Source: Promethearchaeota archaeon (lineage in GTDB: Archaea; Asgardarchaeota; Lokiarchaeia; Sigyniarchaeales; Promethearchaeaceae). From it: a DNA stretch of 32,000 bases. Below are positions 16,517 through 25,383 of the stretch, piece by piece. How positions within the stretch are numbered: the first letter of the stretch is position 1; the number at the start of each line of letters is the position of its first letter. The position numbers were made by a program, and so were the translations under genes. Location: contig JAFGBS010000009.1 of assembly GCA_016933055.1 (NCBI GenBank), positions 60,001-92,000 of the forward strand, given 5' to 3'. The notes under the pieces were generated by a model. The model saw nothing but the letters and a program-made list of their open reading frames with translations. It did not search any database and was not told the DNA's origin.

Positions 16517-18052
16517 ATGAGTTCTGATGAGAGTTCGAAAATATTAATGTTGATGTCGCACCGGGGATTTATTTATGGTCCCTCTCCCGAGATCTATGAT
16601 GCGGTAAAAGGCTCCTTCGATTTAGGACCACTGGGAAAATTAATGAAAAACAATTTAGAAACTCTGATTCGCAAAATTTTCCGAAAAAACGGATTTTGGG
16701 AGGTTCAGAGTCCTTTAATCGGTCCAGAGATTGTATGGAAAGCTTCTGGTCATGTGGAACGATTTTTTGACTATATTGTGCAGTGTACGAAATGCAAGAA
16801 TGTGCATCGAGTAGATACCTTGTTCGAGTCTCTTGGCTATGATTTATCTCAAATTGAAGCAAGTGCATATGATGAAATACTTGAAAGAGATGCGATCCCC
16901 TGTCCCGACTGTCAAGGTAAACTCAGTAATATTTCTCAACAAAATCTCATGGTTATTTCTCAATTAGGATTTCCCTCTTCTGAATACATTTTGCGTCCTG
17001 AGACCGCAACAACCACCTATCTCCTTTTTCCACGGTTGTATCAATACTTCCGAACCAGCATGCCGATGTTTGTGTTTCAAATGGGATATGCATTTCGCAA
17101 TGAAATTTCTCCCAGAAAAATGCTGCTAAGAACCCGAGAATTCGAGCAATGTGAGGGACAAATCTTCATTACACCCGAACAAGAGATAAATTTTCTCCAA
17201 TTTGATGACGTAGCTAAAAAAAGATTGCCTTTGTGGTCAGCAAAAGAACAATTAAAAGGCGTTACTGAGGTCACCAATAAATCCCTATCCGGTGCAATCG
17301 AAAAGGGCATCTTACAAAAACCAGCCTATGCGTGGCTGATGAACCTTGCTTATGAAATAGTTTTAGGTGTTGGAATCTTGCCGGAAAATATACGATTTCG
17401 CCAACATAAAAATGATGAAAAAGCGCATTATGCTCATGACGCATGGGATCTTGAGGTAAATTCCCGATTGTATGGATGGACAGAAGTTTGTGGTGTTCAC
17501 GATCGAGGAGACTATGATTTAAGCCGTCATCAAGAATATTCTAAAAAGAAACTAACCGTACCTGCTACTGAAAAAGGAGAAAAAGTCATCCCCCATATTT
17601 TAGAAATCGCATTTGGAATCGGACGTCTCTTCTTCTTTGCATTAGAGCAATCCTTTAGGTTTGAAGAGGAACGTACTGTGTTAGATTTGCCTTTAGAAAT
17701 TGCTCCTATACCTTTCGCTGTCTTCCCGTTACAGAAAAAACCTAAAGAGCTTATCAAACTAGCAAAAAAAATATTTAATGAGTTAATTGATAACGATATT
17801 AGTGCAATTTATGATGACGCCGGCTCCATTGGGAAACGGTATCGACGTACGGAAGAAGTTGGAGTTCGATATGCGTTTACCGTGGATCATGATTCGTTAA
17901 CGGATAAAATGGTAACCATCCGCAATATCGAGGATATGAGTCAGAAGCGAATTAAAATTAAAAAATTACCCGAAATCGCTCGAAAACTTCTTCATGGACA
18001 CATCACTTACGAAAAAATAAAAGATCTGACTCCTTCTGAGAAACAAGGATAA
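16517..18052 (+). CDS. glyS: Glycine--tRNA ligase, alpha2 (archaeal/eukaryotic) type
   Basis: FDLGPLG, LRPETA, motif 2 FRNEISPR..LLRTREFEQCE, AHYA..AWDLE, motif 3 EIAFGIGR, anticodon domain GSIGKRYRR; Zn-ribbon insert CTKC...CPDC. ATG 16517 with GGAG upstream preferred over GTG 16508. Confidence 0.95.
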   Translation: MSSDESSKILMLMSHRGFIYGPSPEIYDAVKGSFDLGPLGKLMKNNLETLIRKIFRKNGFWEVQSPLIGPEIVWKASGHVERFFDYIVQCTKCKNVHRVDTLFESLGYDLSQIEASAYDEILERDAIPCPDCQGKLSNISQQNLMVISQLGFPSSEYILRPETATTTYLLFPRLYQYFRTSMPMFVFQMGYAFRNEISPRKMLLRTREFEQCEGQIFITPEQEINFLQFDDVAKKRLPLWSAKEQLKGVTEVTNKSLSGAIEKGILQKPAYAWLMNLAYEIVLGVGILPENIRFRQHKNDEKAHYAHDAWDLEVNSRLYGWTEVCGVHDRGDYDLSRHQEYSKKKLTVPATEKGEKVIPHILEIAFGIGRLFFFALEQSFRFEEERTVLDLPLEIAPIPFAVFPLQKKPKELIKLAKKIFNELIDNDISAIYDDAGSIGKRYRRTEEVGVRYAFTVDHDSLTDKMVTIRNIEDMSQKRIKIKKLPEIARKLLHGHITYEKIKDLTPSEKQG

Positions 18053-18060
18053 TTTAGTCC

Positions 18061-18561
18061 TTAGGTGATCGTAGTGACTAAATTTTTTAGATCTTTCCGT
18101 GAGGTTGAGTCTGGCATTTTATCAAAATATCCAAGAGGTAAAATCGTTGTAACATGCTCATGTTTACCGATTTGTAATGCTTCGGCAGCTTTGTCTCTAT
18201 CCATTGATCCAATCCAACACGTTCCTATCTTAAGACTCCAAGCCATTAAACAGATCTGATGCGCGACCATACTAGTATCATGTATATACCAATTGGGAGA
18301 GCGTTTTTTATCCGCAATGATTGCGATCACTACAGGTGCATCTGCAACAAAATTACCGAATTTGGCTGCGGATTGAAGTTTTGTTATGGTCTCTTTATTT
18401 TTAATAACAATAAAACGCCACGGTTGTCGATTCGAAGCCGATTGAGTCCATCTAGCAGCTTCTAAAATCTGTTGGATTTTTTCTTCTTCTATCATGGCAC
18501 TCTTGAATTTTCTAATTGAGCGTCTTTCCTTCATTAAGTGCAATAATTCTTCAGGATTCAT
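18061..18561 (-). CDS. Nitroreductase family protein (FMN-dependent)
   Basis: RRSIRKF, AARWTQSASNRQPWRF, AWSLKIGTCWIG, LPLGY. Start at Met 18561 or 18576. Confidence 0.92.
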   Translation of the reverse strand: MNPEELLHLMKERRSIRKFKSAMIEEEKIQQILEAARWTQSASNRQPWRFIVIKNKETITKLQSAAKFGNFVADAPVVIAIIADKKRSPNWYIHDTSMVAHQICLMAWSLKIGTCWIGSMDRDKAAEALQIGKHEHVTTILPLGYFDKMPDSTSRKDLKNLVTTIT

Positions 18562-18715
18562 GCATTGTCTGATCATTCATGGAAATATATTTGTTGTGAT
18601 TACACTCTATAGTTCTAGTCGAATAAATGCCATCAATCTAGGGACCTACCTATTGACTGGCAAAAGTTCTCGATAAACTCACTTTTATATTCGATTTAAT
18701 CTTATTTTTAAGAAT

Positions 18716-19621
18716 ATGGCTATTCGGATTCGTTCGTATAATCATTCAATTGACTTGAGCCAAGTGAAGCAATTTCTTGCCGCAACATTTTTACGAAAAA
18801 ATTCTTTTCAGCTATGGATACCTACCCGATTTGAAAATGCAGTGTTTTTTGATATTAACCGATCTAAAAATGTACAACTATGGGTAGAAACTAACAAATC
18901 CGATTCTAAATCTTCTCAACATATTGTTGGAGTATCAATTATCGATCCTCCTAACCAAATATATACACTGGTCCATCCTGGATACAAATCTTTAATTGAC
19001 GAAATGATATGTATAGCAGAAAATCGGATAATGGATAATTCGAGCCATAAAGTGGAGCGAATCGTTACATACGTAGCCGAGAATGATACTGAACATACGA
19101 ATATATTAAATAAACATGGATATGATTATCATAATATACGTGAACATGTTCGATGCAGATCTCCCCACTTATCTCTTCCACCCACATCATTACCTCAAGG
19201 ATTTCATATAACAAGCATCGGAGAAGATTCCTATACGCAATACATGCAATCCATAGAAATTGTATTCGGTCATAAATTATTTACATCAGAAGTATTTGCA
19301 GCTATGCGGACTACTCACTTTTACCATTCAGACCTTTTGCTTGGAGTATTTACTCAAAACGATACTTTGGTTTCCTTTGCCATGATTCGAATTGATGAAA
19401 ATAAGATCGCAGAATTAGAACCGGTAGGTACATTACCCGCGTTTCGGAGGAAGGGCTTGGCGAAAGCGGTTTTAATTGAAGCGCTTTACCGAACTTTAGC
19501 GTACAATCCTCGAGCTTTTTATGTAGGAGGTGCACCAACTTCCGAAGCAGATCGGTTGTATACCTCGTTAGGTTTTACCGATAAAAAAATAATACAGCGA
19601 TGGATCAAAGAGATAAATTGA
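18716..19621 (+). CDS. GNAT family N-acetyltransferase (tandem GNAT-like fold)
   Basis: Acetyl-CoA motif EPVGTLPAFRRKGLAKAVL; C-terminal RLYTSLGF. Confidence 0.88.
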   Translation: MAIRIRSYNHSIDLSQVKQFLAATFLRKNSFQLWIPTRFENAVFFDINRSKNVQLWVETNKSDSKSSQHIVGVSIIDPPNQIYTLVHPGYKSLIDEMICIAENRIMDNSSHKVERIVTYVAENDTEHTNILNKHGYDYHNIREHVRCRSPHLSLPPTSLPQGFHITSIGEDSYTQYMQSIEIVFGHKLFTSEVFAAMRTTHFYHSDLLLGVFTQNDTLVSFAMIRIDENKIAELEPVGTLPAFRRKGLAKAVLIEALYRTLAYNPRAFYVGGAPTSEADRLYTSLGFTDKKIIQRWIKEIN

Positions 19622-19631
19622 ACTTATTGAA

Positions 19632-20717
19632 TTATTCAGATGACCACAAGACAGTATTTCTTTGTATTATAGAACGGATTTTTCCTTGCTTTTCCAATTT
19701 TTGACAATAAGATAAAATCCAAGTCAAAGCAGGAGGTATGAATAATACTCTCATTACCCACAGATAACGTTTATAGTTGGGGATGAGGAGTTGCGCGAGG
19801 TGCTCTGTGGATAAGGCTCTTCGATGTAACAATTTTGGAATCCTTTCAAGTGTCTCATTGATCGTATCTAGGAATAGCCGAAATCGTTTTCTTTGTTCAT
19901 CCCATGGAGTTATTTCCCAATTTTCTTTTCGAATATCCCCATGGGCAGAAACCGTGAAATGTACTTGATCAGTGGTTAGTGTTAAAAAATTCTCGAGAGA
20001 ATTAATCATATCATCTAGTGCTTCAGGAAGAGGATTAATCCAAGGTGTAAAGGGAACAAAATCTCCCAAGAATAAAATTTTATCGTTTGAATTGTAAATA
20101 CACGTATGCCCTGCAGAGTGACCATGTGTAGGGATGAAATGGAGTATATTTTTTCCTGCCTGGATTTTAGGGAAATTATCCAACCTAAATCCATTTCGGG
20201 TTTCAGGATTCTTGACCACATAATCAATACGAGGATAAAGATTAATCGAGCGATAAAACACCATATATCCAGGTATTGATAAGATCCTATAAAGAAAAAG
20301 ATTAATTTGGGATTTTCCCAATAGTTTTAGGGCTTTCTGCCATGAATTTTCCATTCGTGTAGGATGTTGGATATTAAACTCATCCTTTTCATGACAGATA
20401 ACCTTTGCATTCGCGCATAATTTCTCTAATCCGTACAATTGAAGAACATGATCCGAATGTGAATGTGTTAGTAATATATATTTCACAGAAAGGGGATTGA
20501 TCGCATGTTTATGCAGAGATTTGGTGATTCGTTTTAATCCAGGATCTTTTGTCGTACCCGTATCAATAATTACGGGTTCTTCCCCTTTTAAAATAATTAC
20601 AGAACTATGCATTCGATATGAGGATTCGGGACGAATTATGAGAAAATCTCCGCAATCCACGGTCACTCCCATCTTCTTAACCTTAGGAAACCGATCTATG
20701 GATAGTTGTGATGTCAT
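19632..20717 (-). CDS. MBL-fold metallo-hydrolase
   Basis: IIDTG, THSHSDH (HxHxDH), HGHSAGH, LGDF, SAHG metal ligands. Confidence 0.9.
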   Translation of the reverse strand: MTSQLSIDRFPKVKKMGVTVDCGDFLIIRPESSYRMHSSVIILKGEEPVIIDTGTTKDPGLKRITKSLHKHAINPLSVKYILLTHSHSDHVLQLYGLEKLCANAKVICHEKDEFNIQHPTRMENSWQKALKLLGKSQINLFLYRILSIPGYMVFYRSINLYPRIDYVVKNPETRNGFRLDNFPKIQAGKNILHFIPTHGHSAGHTCIYNSNDKILFLGDFVPFTPWINPLPEALDDMINSLENFLTLTTDQVHFTVSAHGDIRKENWEITPWDEQRKRFRLFLDTINETLERIPKLLHRRALSTEHLAQLLIPNYKRYLWVMRVLFIPPALTWILSYCQKLEKQGKIRSIIQRNTVLWSSE

Positions 20718-20829
20718 TTTCGTCCTTCTAGTTATGGATAAGGCATGTCATGACGATAAAAAGTGAATGTATTTTTTTATTGGTGCCTTATTTTAATCAA
20801 ACGTGAACACGATATAAAATTGACGAAAA

Positions 20830-21459
20830 GTGACTGATATAACCGAAACCCGTACTGAGGATGAACTAGTACGACCTTCTATCAATGGTGATGATGACCA
20901 ACCACTGCGAAGAATTCCATTTTGGAATCAAGTAAAGCAATTTTTTCAAGCAATAAAACCGATTATAACCGCTCACCATCCTACTTGCGAAGCTTTTAAA
21001 GAGCATACTTTTCATTTGTTTGGAAGGGATTGGTGCATCGGCTGTTATGTTGGATACCCTTCTGGAATTCTAATGCTCATTATTGGTTACACTACTGGAT
21101 TATTTCAGTTAATTGACACATCTACCTTATGGATCGTAGGTTGGTGTCTGATGGCAACCTATTTACTCAGTATCATAGGTCTAACAAAATGGCGTTGGAT
21201 CAAAATCATATCAAAAATCCCTATAGGAATCGGAGCTGCATTTCTAATTGCCGCTATTTTCAGTTATCCACTAGCTTGGTGGATAAGTTTTTCATTATCG
21301 TTTCTATTAATTCAATTCTTCATCATAATAATCAATGTAAAACGTGCGATAGAAATGCGTAAAATTTGTAATGCATGTGAATATAAATCCGATCACGACA
21401 ATTGCCCTGGAATGCATTCTGTAATGAAAAAACTACGCAATATCAAAAAAAAAGAATAA
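20830..21459 (+). CDS. Cys/His-motif membrane protein (DUF2085-like)
   Basis: AHHPTC...HTF...WCIGCYVGYP before ~4 TM; C-terminal CNAC...NCPG; GTG start. Confidence 0.7.
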   Translation: MTDITETRTEDELVRPSINGDDDQPLRRIPFWNQVKQFFQAIKPIITAHHPTCEAFKEHTFHLFGRDWCIGCYVGYPSGILMLIIGYTTGLFQLIDTSTLWIVGWCLMATYLLSIIGLTKWRWIKIISKIPIGIGAAFLIAAIFSYPLAWWISFSLSFLLIQFFIIIINVKRAIEMRKICNACEYKSDHDNCPGMHSVMKKLRNIKKKE

Positions 21460-21471
21460 ATAATTCGTTTT

Positions 21472-21840
21472 TTAGAAGGGCAGGGTTAATATCCCAGTTA
21501 ATGAAATCAAGAAAGCAATACCGAATGAAATAGCCCATGGAATGACAATCGCAATCAACCAAGCAAGAATTGCATTCCCAAATCCAGTTTTGTGTCGTGC
21601 ATTAATCACAACCCAAACCAAGATACATCCAATACAGGGGATCCATCCCACCAACAGATTAATTAATGCTGTTACAAACACCGCTCCAAACTTAATATTG
21701 GATCCTTTTACTGCCTTCACCCCTATCTTCAAAAAGAGTACTTGCAAAATGAAAGATAGAACAATAAGTCCAACAAAAATTAAGATGGCAACAGTCCCCA
21801 AACCACCCAGCCATCCTATCAAAGTATTCCAAATATCCAT
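21472..21840 (-). CDS. Small hypothetical membrane protein (3-4 TM)
   Basis: Highly hydrophobic 122 aa; SD GGAGGT upstream of ATG. Confidence 0.8.
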   Translation of the reverse strand: MDIWNTLIGWLGGLGTVAILIFVGLIVLSFILQVLFLKIGVKAVKGSNIKFGAVFVTALINLLVGWIPCIGCILVWVVINARHKTGFGNAILAWLIAIVIPWAISFGIAFLISLTGILTLPF

Positions 21841-21971
21841 TTTTTTAACCTCCGAAAAGGTAAGATTCTTACCTTGCTCTTAAATTCTCATTTAACTATT
21901 TAAAGGTTTTTTCAAATCTTAGTGAAATAAGAATAGAAAATATAAAGTAAATAGCTATTATATGTTAAAAA

Positions 21972-22445
21972 TCACTCTTTGCATGCTTTCTCGATATAGT
22001 AGTTTAAGAGTTCTGATATCTCGAAGGTGTTTAACGAAGCTAACAAGTCACCAAGTGTGTACAACCTTTTCATCTTACTTTCATGCGTAGTAGCCGGAAT
22101 CTTCATTATATCTTCAATCTCCGTAATATAATCATCCATATTCAAGAAGAGTATCTCAATGGTGTCCACGCCTTTTAGTTCTGCGATAGTGGAACCCAAT
22201 TGCCTTTCGATTTCTTTGAGGAGCATTATCCGATAGTCTTTTTTTCTCGGAAGTTCATACCGCATCTGAATGAAATCCAACTCTTTAATGACTTTTCGAA
22301 TTGACTCGTTCCAATCGTTAGTTTCCTTGTAAAATGGAATGAGAATGTTCTGCACAATCTTCTTAAATAATTCATGGGGGTTATTGGGATCAAACTGTAC
22401 CTTGGTTGCAAAATCAGAAAGAATAATCTCAAATGTCTCCGGCAT
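21972..22445 (-). CDS. Hypothetical helical protein
   Basis: 157-aa ORF with globular composition, divergent from lipS2. Confidence 0.7.
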   Translation of the reverse strand: MPETFEIILSDFATKVQFDPNNPHELFKKIVQNILIPFYKETNDWNESIRKVIKELDFIQMRYELPRKKDYRIMLLKEIERQLGSTIAELKGVDTIEILFLNMDDYITEIEDIMKIPATTHESKMKRLYTLGDLLASLNTFEISELLNYYIEKACKE

Positions 22446-22494
22446 AATGACTAATTTATACTATAATCTATATAATTATTTGTTGGTATACTAA

Positions 22495-23550
22495 ATGGGT
22501 ATAATCGATAAGGATAACATACGAGTTTCTCTCGGATCTGCAGTTAAGTTGGGATTAAAACGAGTTAAGGTAGACACACTACCCACAAACTGTCATTTAT
22601 TAACTTATCATCCAGATGGGTGTATTGGCAATTGTGGATTTTGTCCCCAATCGCAATATACTCATGATAAACTTAGTGGTTCTACACAAGATCAAGAATA
22701 CCTATCGAGAGTATTATGGCCTGTATTTGACTTGAGATTCGTCATCCAACGGTTTCAAAATGAGTTTCCGGCATTCGATGCATCAATTAAAGGATTTCAG
22801 AGAATTTGTATTCAAAGTTTGAACTATCCGAATTTCGAACGGGATATTAAGAGTATCATCAGAAAGCTAACTGCAGTAACTAATATACCCCTTTCCATTG
22901 CCATACCCCCAGTTTCCATCGAAGATGTCCAAAACTTTAAGGATCTGGGTGTAGATCGTATCTGTTTTGCACTAGATGCTGCTACTGCCACATTATTTGA
23001 AAGTGTAAAAGGTTCTGCTTGTGGGGGTCCTTATTCATGGCAAGAACATATCCGTTTATTAAGAGATTCTGTAAAAATATTCGGCAGAGGTCATGTAACC
23101 ACACACCTTATCATTGGATTAGGAGAAACGGAGCAAGAAGCTTTAACTCTGATTCAAGAAATGAAATATTTTGGGATTCTCACGGGATTATTTGCATTTT
23201 ACCCAATACAAAAAACACGATTTGCGTACCGAACGCGTCCCAAATTGATTTCCTTTCGCAAAGTACAATTGGGAAAGTATCTTATTGATACAAAACGATT
23301 CCAAATCAGTGATTTTGGCGTAGATTCCGAAGGTACTGTAACTTTCTTTCCCCTTTCTTCTAAAAGGTTACACGAAATAATTTCATTAAGTGGACCATTC
23401 GAAACATCAGGTTGTCCCGGATGCAATAGACCCTATTACACTTCAAGTCCCCGGGAGGAGCAATACAATTATCCTCGGGTTCTAACCTTATCAGAACAAG
23501 AAAAAATATATTCCCAATTAGAACCCTATTGCAAGGAGGTAAATCTATGA
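22495..23550 (+). CDS. lipS2: Radical SAM lipoyl synthase subunit LipS2-like
   Basis: CIGNCGFC (CxxxCxxC), THLIIGLGETEQE, C-terminal TSGCPGCNRP matching the LipS2 signature TxGCPxC(N/D)RP. Confidence 0.85.
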   Translation: MGIIDKDNIRVSLGSAVKLGLKRVKVDTLPTNCHLLTYHPDGCIGNCGFCPQSQYTHDKLSGSTQDQEYLSRVLWPVFDLRFVIQRFQNEFPAFDASIKGFQRICIQSLNYPNFERDIKSIIRKLTAVTNIPLSIAIPPVSIEDVQNFKDLGVDRICFALDAATATLFESVKGSACGGPYSWQEHIRLLRDSVKIFGRGHVTTHLIIGLGETEQEALTLIQEMKYFGILTGLFAFYPIQKTRFAYRTRPKLISFRKVQLGKYLIDTKRFQISDFGVDSEGTVTFFPLSSKRLHEIISLSGPFETSGCPGCNRPYYTSSPREEQYNYPRVLTLSEQEKIYSQLEPYCKEVNL

Positions 23551-24356
23551 AGCCCGTTTGGAGAATTCTTCCTTTCTTGATCTCAGACGGTCAAACAAAC
23601 ATGTCCCTAGATGAAGCTATCCTTCAAGCTCGAATTAAAGGATTGGTACCCAACACTATCCGTTTTTATCGGTGGAACCCTTCTTGTGCATCCATTGGGA
23701 GAAATCAAAGCCTTAAAGTAGAAATTGATATGCAAGCTGCTGAAGCACATAAAGTGGATGTGGTTAGGAGGATTAGCGGTGGAGGAGCAGTATTCCATGA
23801 CAATCAATCAGAAATAACTTATGCAGTCATTGCTACTGAAGAGGATTTGAGAACTATTTATAAAACTCTATTCCCTAATAGTTTCTTCGGTGTTTCAGAA
23901 TCATACACCGTAATTACTCACGCATTGATTCATGGGTTACAATATATGGGATTTCACATTGATTCGGGGAAAATTCACTGTCCGGCGTTATTTATGGAAG
24001 ACAAAAAGATTTCAGGAAACGCCCAAGCTCGGCAAAATGGTGTTATTCTTCAACACGGAACTTTATTGTTACACGTAAATCCTGAATTTATGTACACAAT
24101 TCTTAAGGCCCCCGAAGGAGTAGCTAAAGGCAAGATGGTGAGATCAGTTAAAGCAAAAGTAAAGGGATTATACGACGATAATAACACTCCTTCTATATCT
24201 GATACTGAATTCCAAACATATATGATACAAGGTTTTGAAAACACTTTTCATGTTTCATGTGAGTTTGGAGATATCACACCAAATGAACAAGAACTAATGC
24301 AAATTGTGAAAAAAAACCGTTACTCAGACAATCATTGGTTGTATAAAATTCCCTAG
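23547..24356 (+). CDS. lplA: Lipoate-protein ligase / octanoyltransferase catalytic domain (LplA-N/LipM-like)
   Basis: NMSLDEAIL, IRFYRW, SIGRNQ, RRISGGGAVFHD, KKISGNAQ, LQHGTLL; ATG 23547 overlaps lipS2 stop (ATGA) with SD AAGGAGGT; no C-terminal LplB domain. Confidence 0.9.
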   Translation: MKPVWRILPFLISDGQTNMSLDEAILQARIKGLVPNTIRFYRWNPSCASIGRNQSLKVEIDMQAAEAHKVDVVRRISGGGAVFHDNQSEITYAVIATEEDLRTIYKTLFPNSFFGVSESYTVITHALIHGLQYMGFHIDSGKIHCPALFMEDKKISGNAQARQNGVILQHGTLLLHVNPEFMYTILKAPEGVAKGKMVRSVKAKVKGLYDDNNTPSISDTEFQTYMIQGFENTFHVSCEFGDITPNEQELMQIVKKNRYSDNHWLYKIP

Positions 24357-24366
24357 GTAGAGAAAA

Positions 24367-25383
24367 ATGGAAATCAATAAAACATACATACAGAATTATC
24401 TGAAACAACATCATTTGGACAATCCCGATGGTATTATTCCTCTTTCATCATATTCAGAATCTGTACAGAAACATTATGAGTCCCTCTCTATGGATATTTT
24501 AAAACGTAATTTCGGGGGAAAAATTAGCACTTTCATTCCGGGAAAACAGTTTGTATCTCTGAGTGTAACGGGATCCTCTTGTGAACTCAATTGTGAGCAT
24601 TGTCATTCACATTACCTGTCCCATATGCAAGATGTTTCCTCTGAAGATAAACTACGAAAAAGTTTGAACTATCTAATTGAACGAAATGCGAATGGTTGTC
24701 TTATATCGGGAGGATGTGATTCCGACGGAAAGGTCCCCCTACTTCGTTTTTTTTCCACATTAAAAGAATTTAAACAAAAATCTTCTCTCATCTTTAATTT
24801 CCATGTGGGCTTAGTAAATGAAGAAGATATCCGGAAGATTGCTGAAATTCAACCGGATTTCGTGTCATTTGATTTAACTTTGGATGCAGAGATCATTCAC
24901 GATGTATATCATCTAAAAAAACATGTTAATGATTATATTTCTACCTACAAGACTCTAATTCAGTATGGAGTCCGAACTATACCGCATATATGTGTAGGTT
25001 TGAATTTTGGGGACATCAAAAATGAAATACTTGCACTACACAAAATAGCCAATCATCCCGTGGATTTAATAGTATTTTTAGTGATCATTCCGCCTCTCGA
25101 ACATCCGAAGTTTCATGAGGTAAAAATGGATGATATTAGGAATCTTTTCACTACTGCACGGTTATTATTTCCTCAAACTGAAATTTCATTGGGATGTATG
25201 CGCCCTCGTGGGGCACACCGGCATCAAATTGAGGCCCTAGCTGTGCACGCAGGATTCAATCGATATGAAATTCCCTCCCGAAAAACACTTGCACTAATTC
25301 AAAAAAAGAACCTATCTATTCAAACGTTCAATACATGCTGTGCTATTTCTCATACTGCTATGAATCAGCTATCTAAGTCATGA
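24367..25383 (+). CDS. lipS1: Radical SAM lipoyl synthase subunit LipS1-like
   Basis: SLSVTGSSCELNCEHC, LISGGC, PHICVGL, LGCMRP and terminal TCC matching LipS1 signatures GC(M/A)R and CC. Confidence 0.85.
   Translation: MEINKTYIQNYLKQHHLDNPDGIIPLSSYSESVQKHYESLSMDILKRNFGGKISTFIPGKQFVSLSVTGSSCELNCEHCHSHYLSHMQDVSSEDKLRKSLNYLIERNANGCLISGGCDSDGKVPLLRFFSTLKEFKQKSSLIFNFHVGLVNEEDIRKIAEIQPDFVSFDLTLDAEIIHDVYHLKKHVNDYISTYKTLIQYGVRTIPHICVGLNFGDIKNEILALHKIANHPVDLIVFLVIIPPLEHPKFHEVKMDDIRNLFTTARLLFPQTEISLGCMRPRGAHRHQIEALAVHAGFNRYEIPSRKTLALIQKKNLSIQTFNTCCAISHTAMNQLSKS

Noticed and set aside
20738-20791. 8-bp inverted repeat ATAAGGCA/TGCCTTAT
   Set aside because: 38-nt spacer and short arms; not distinguishable from background.
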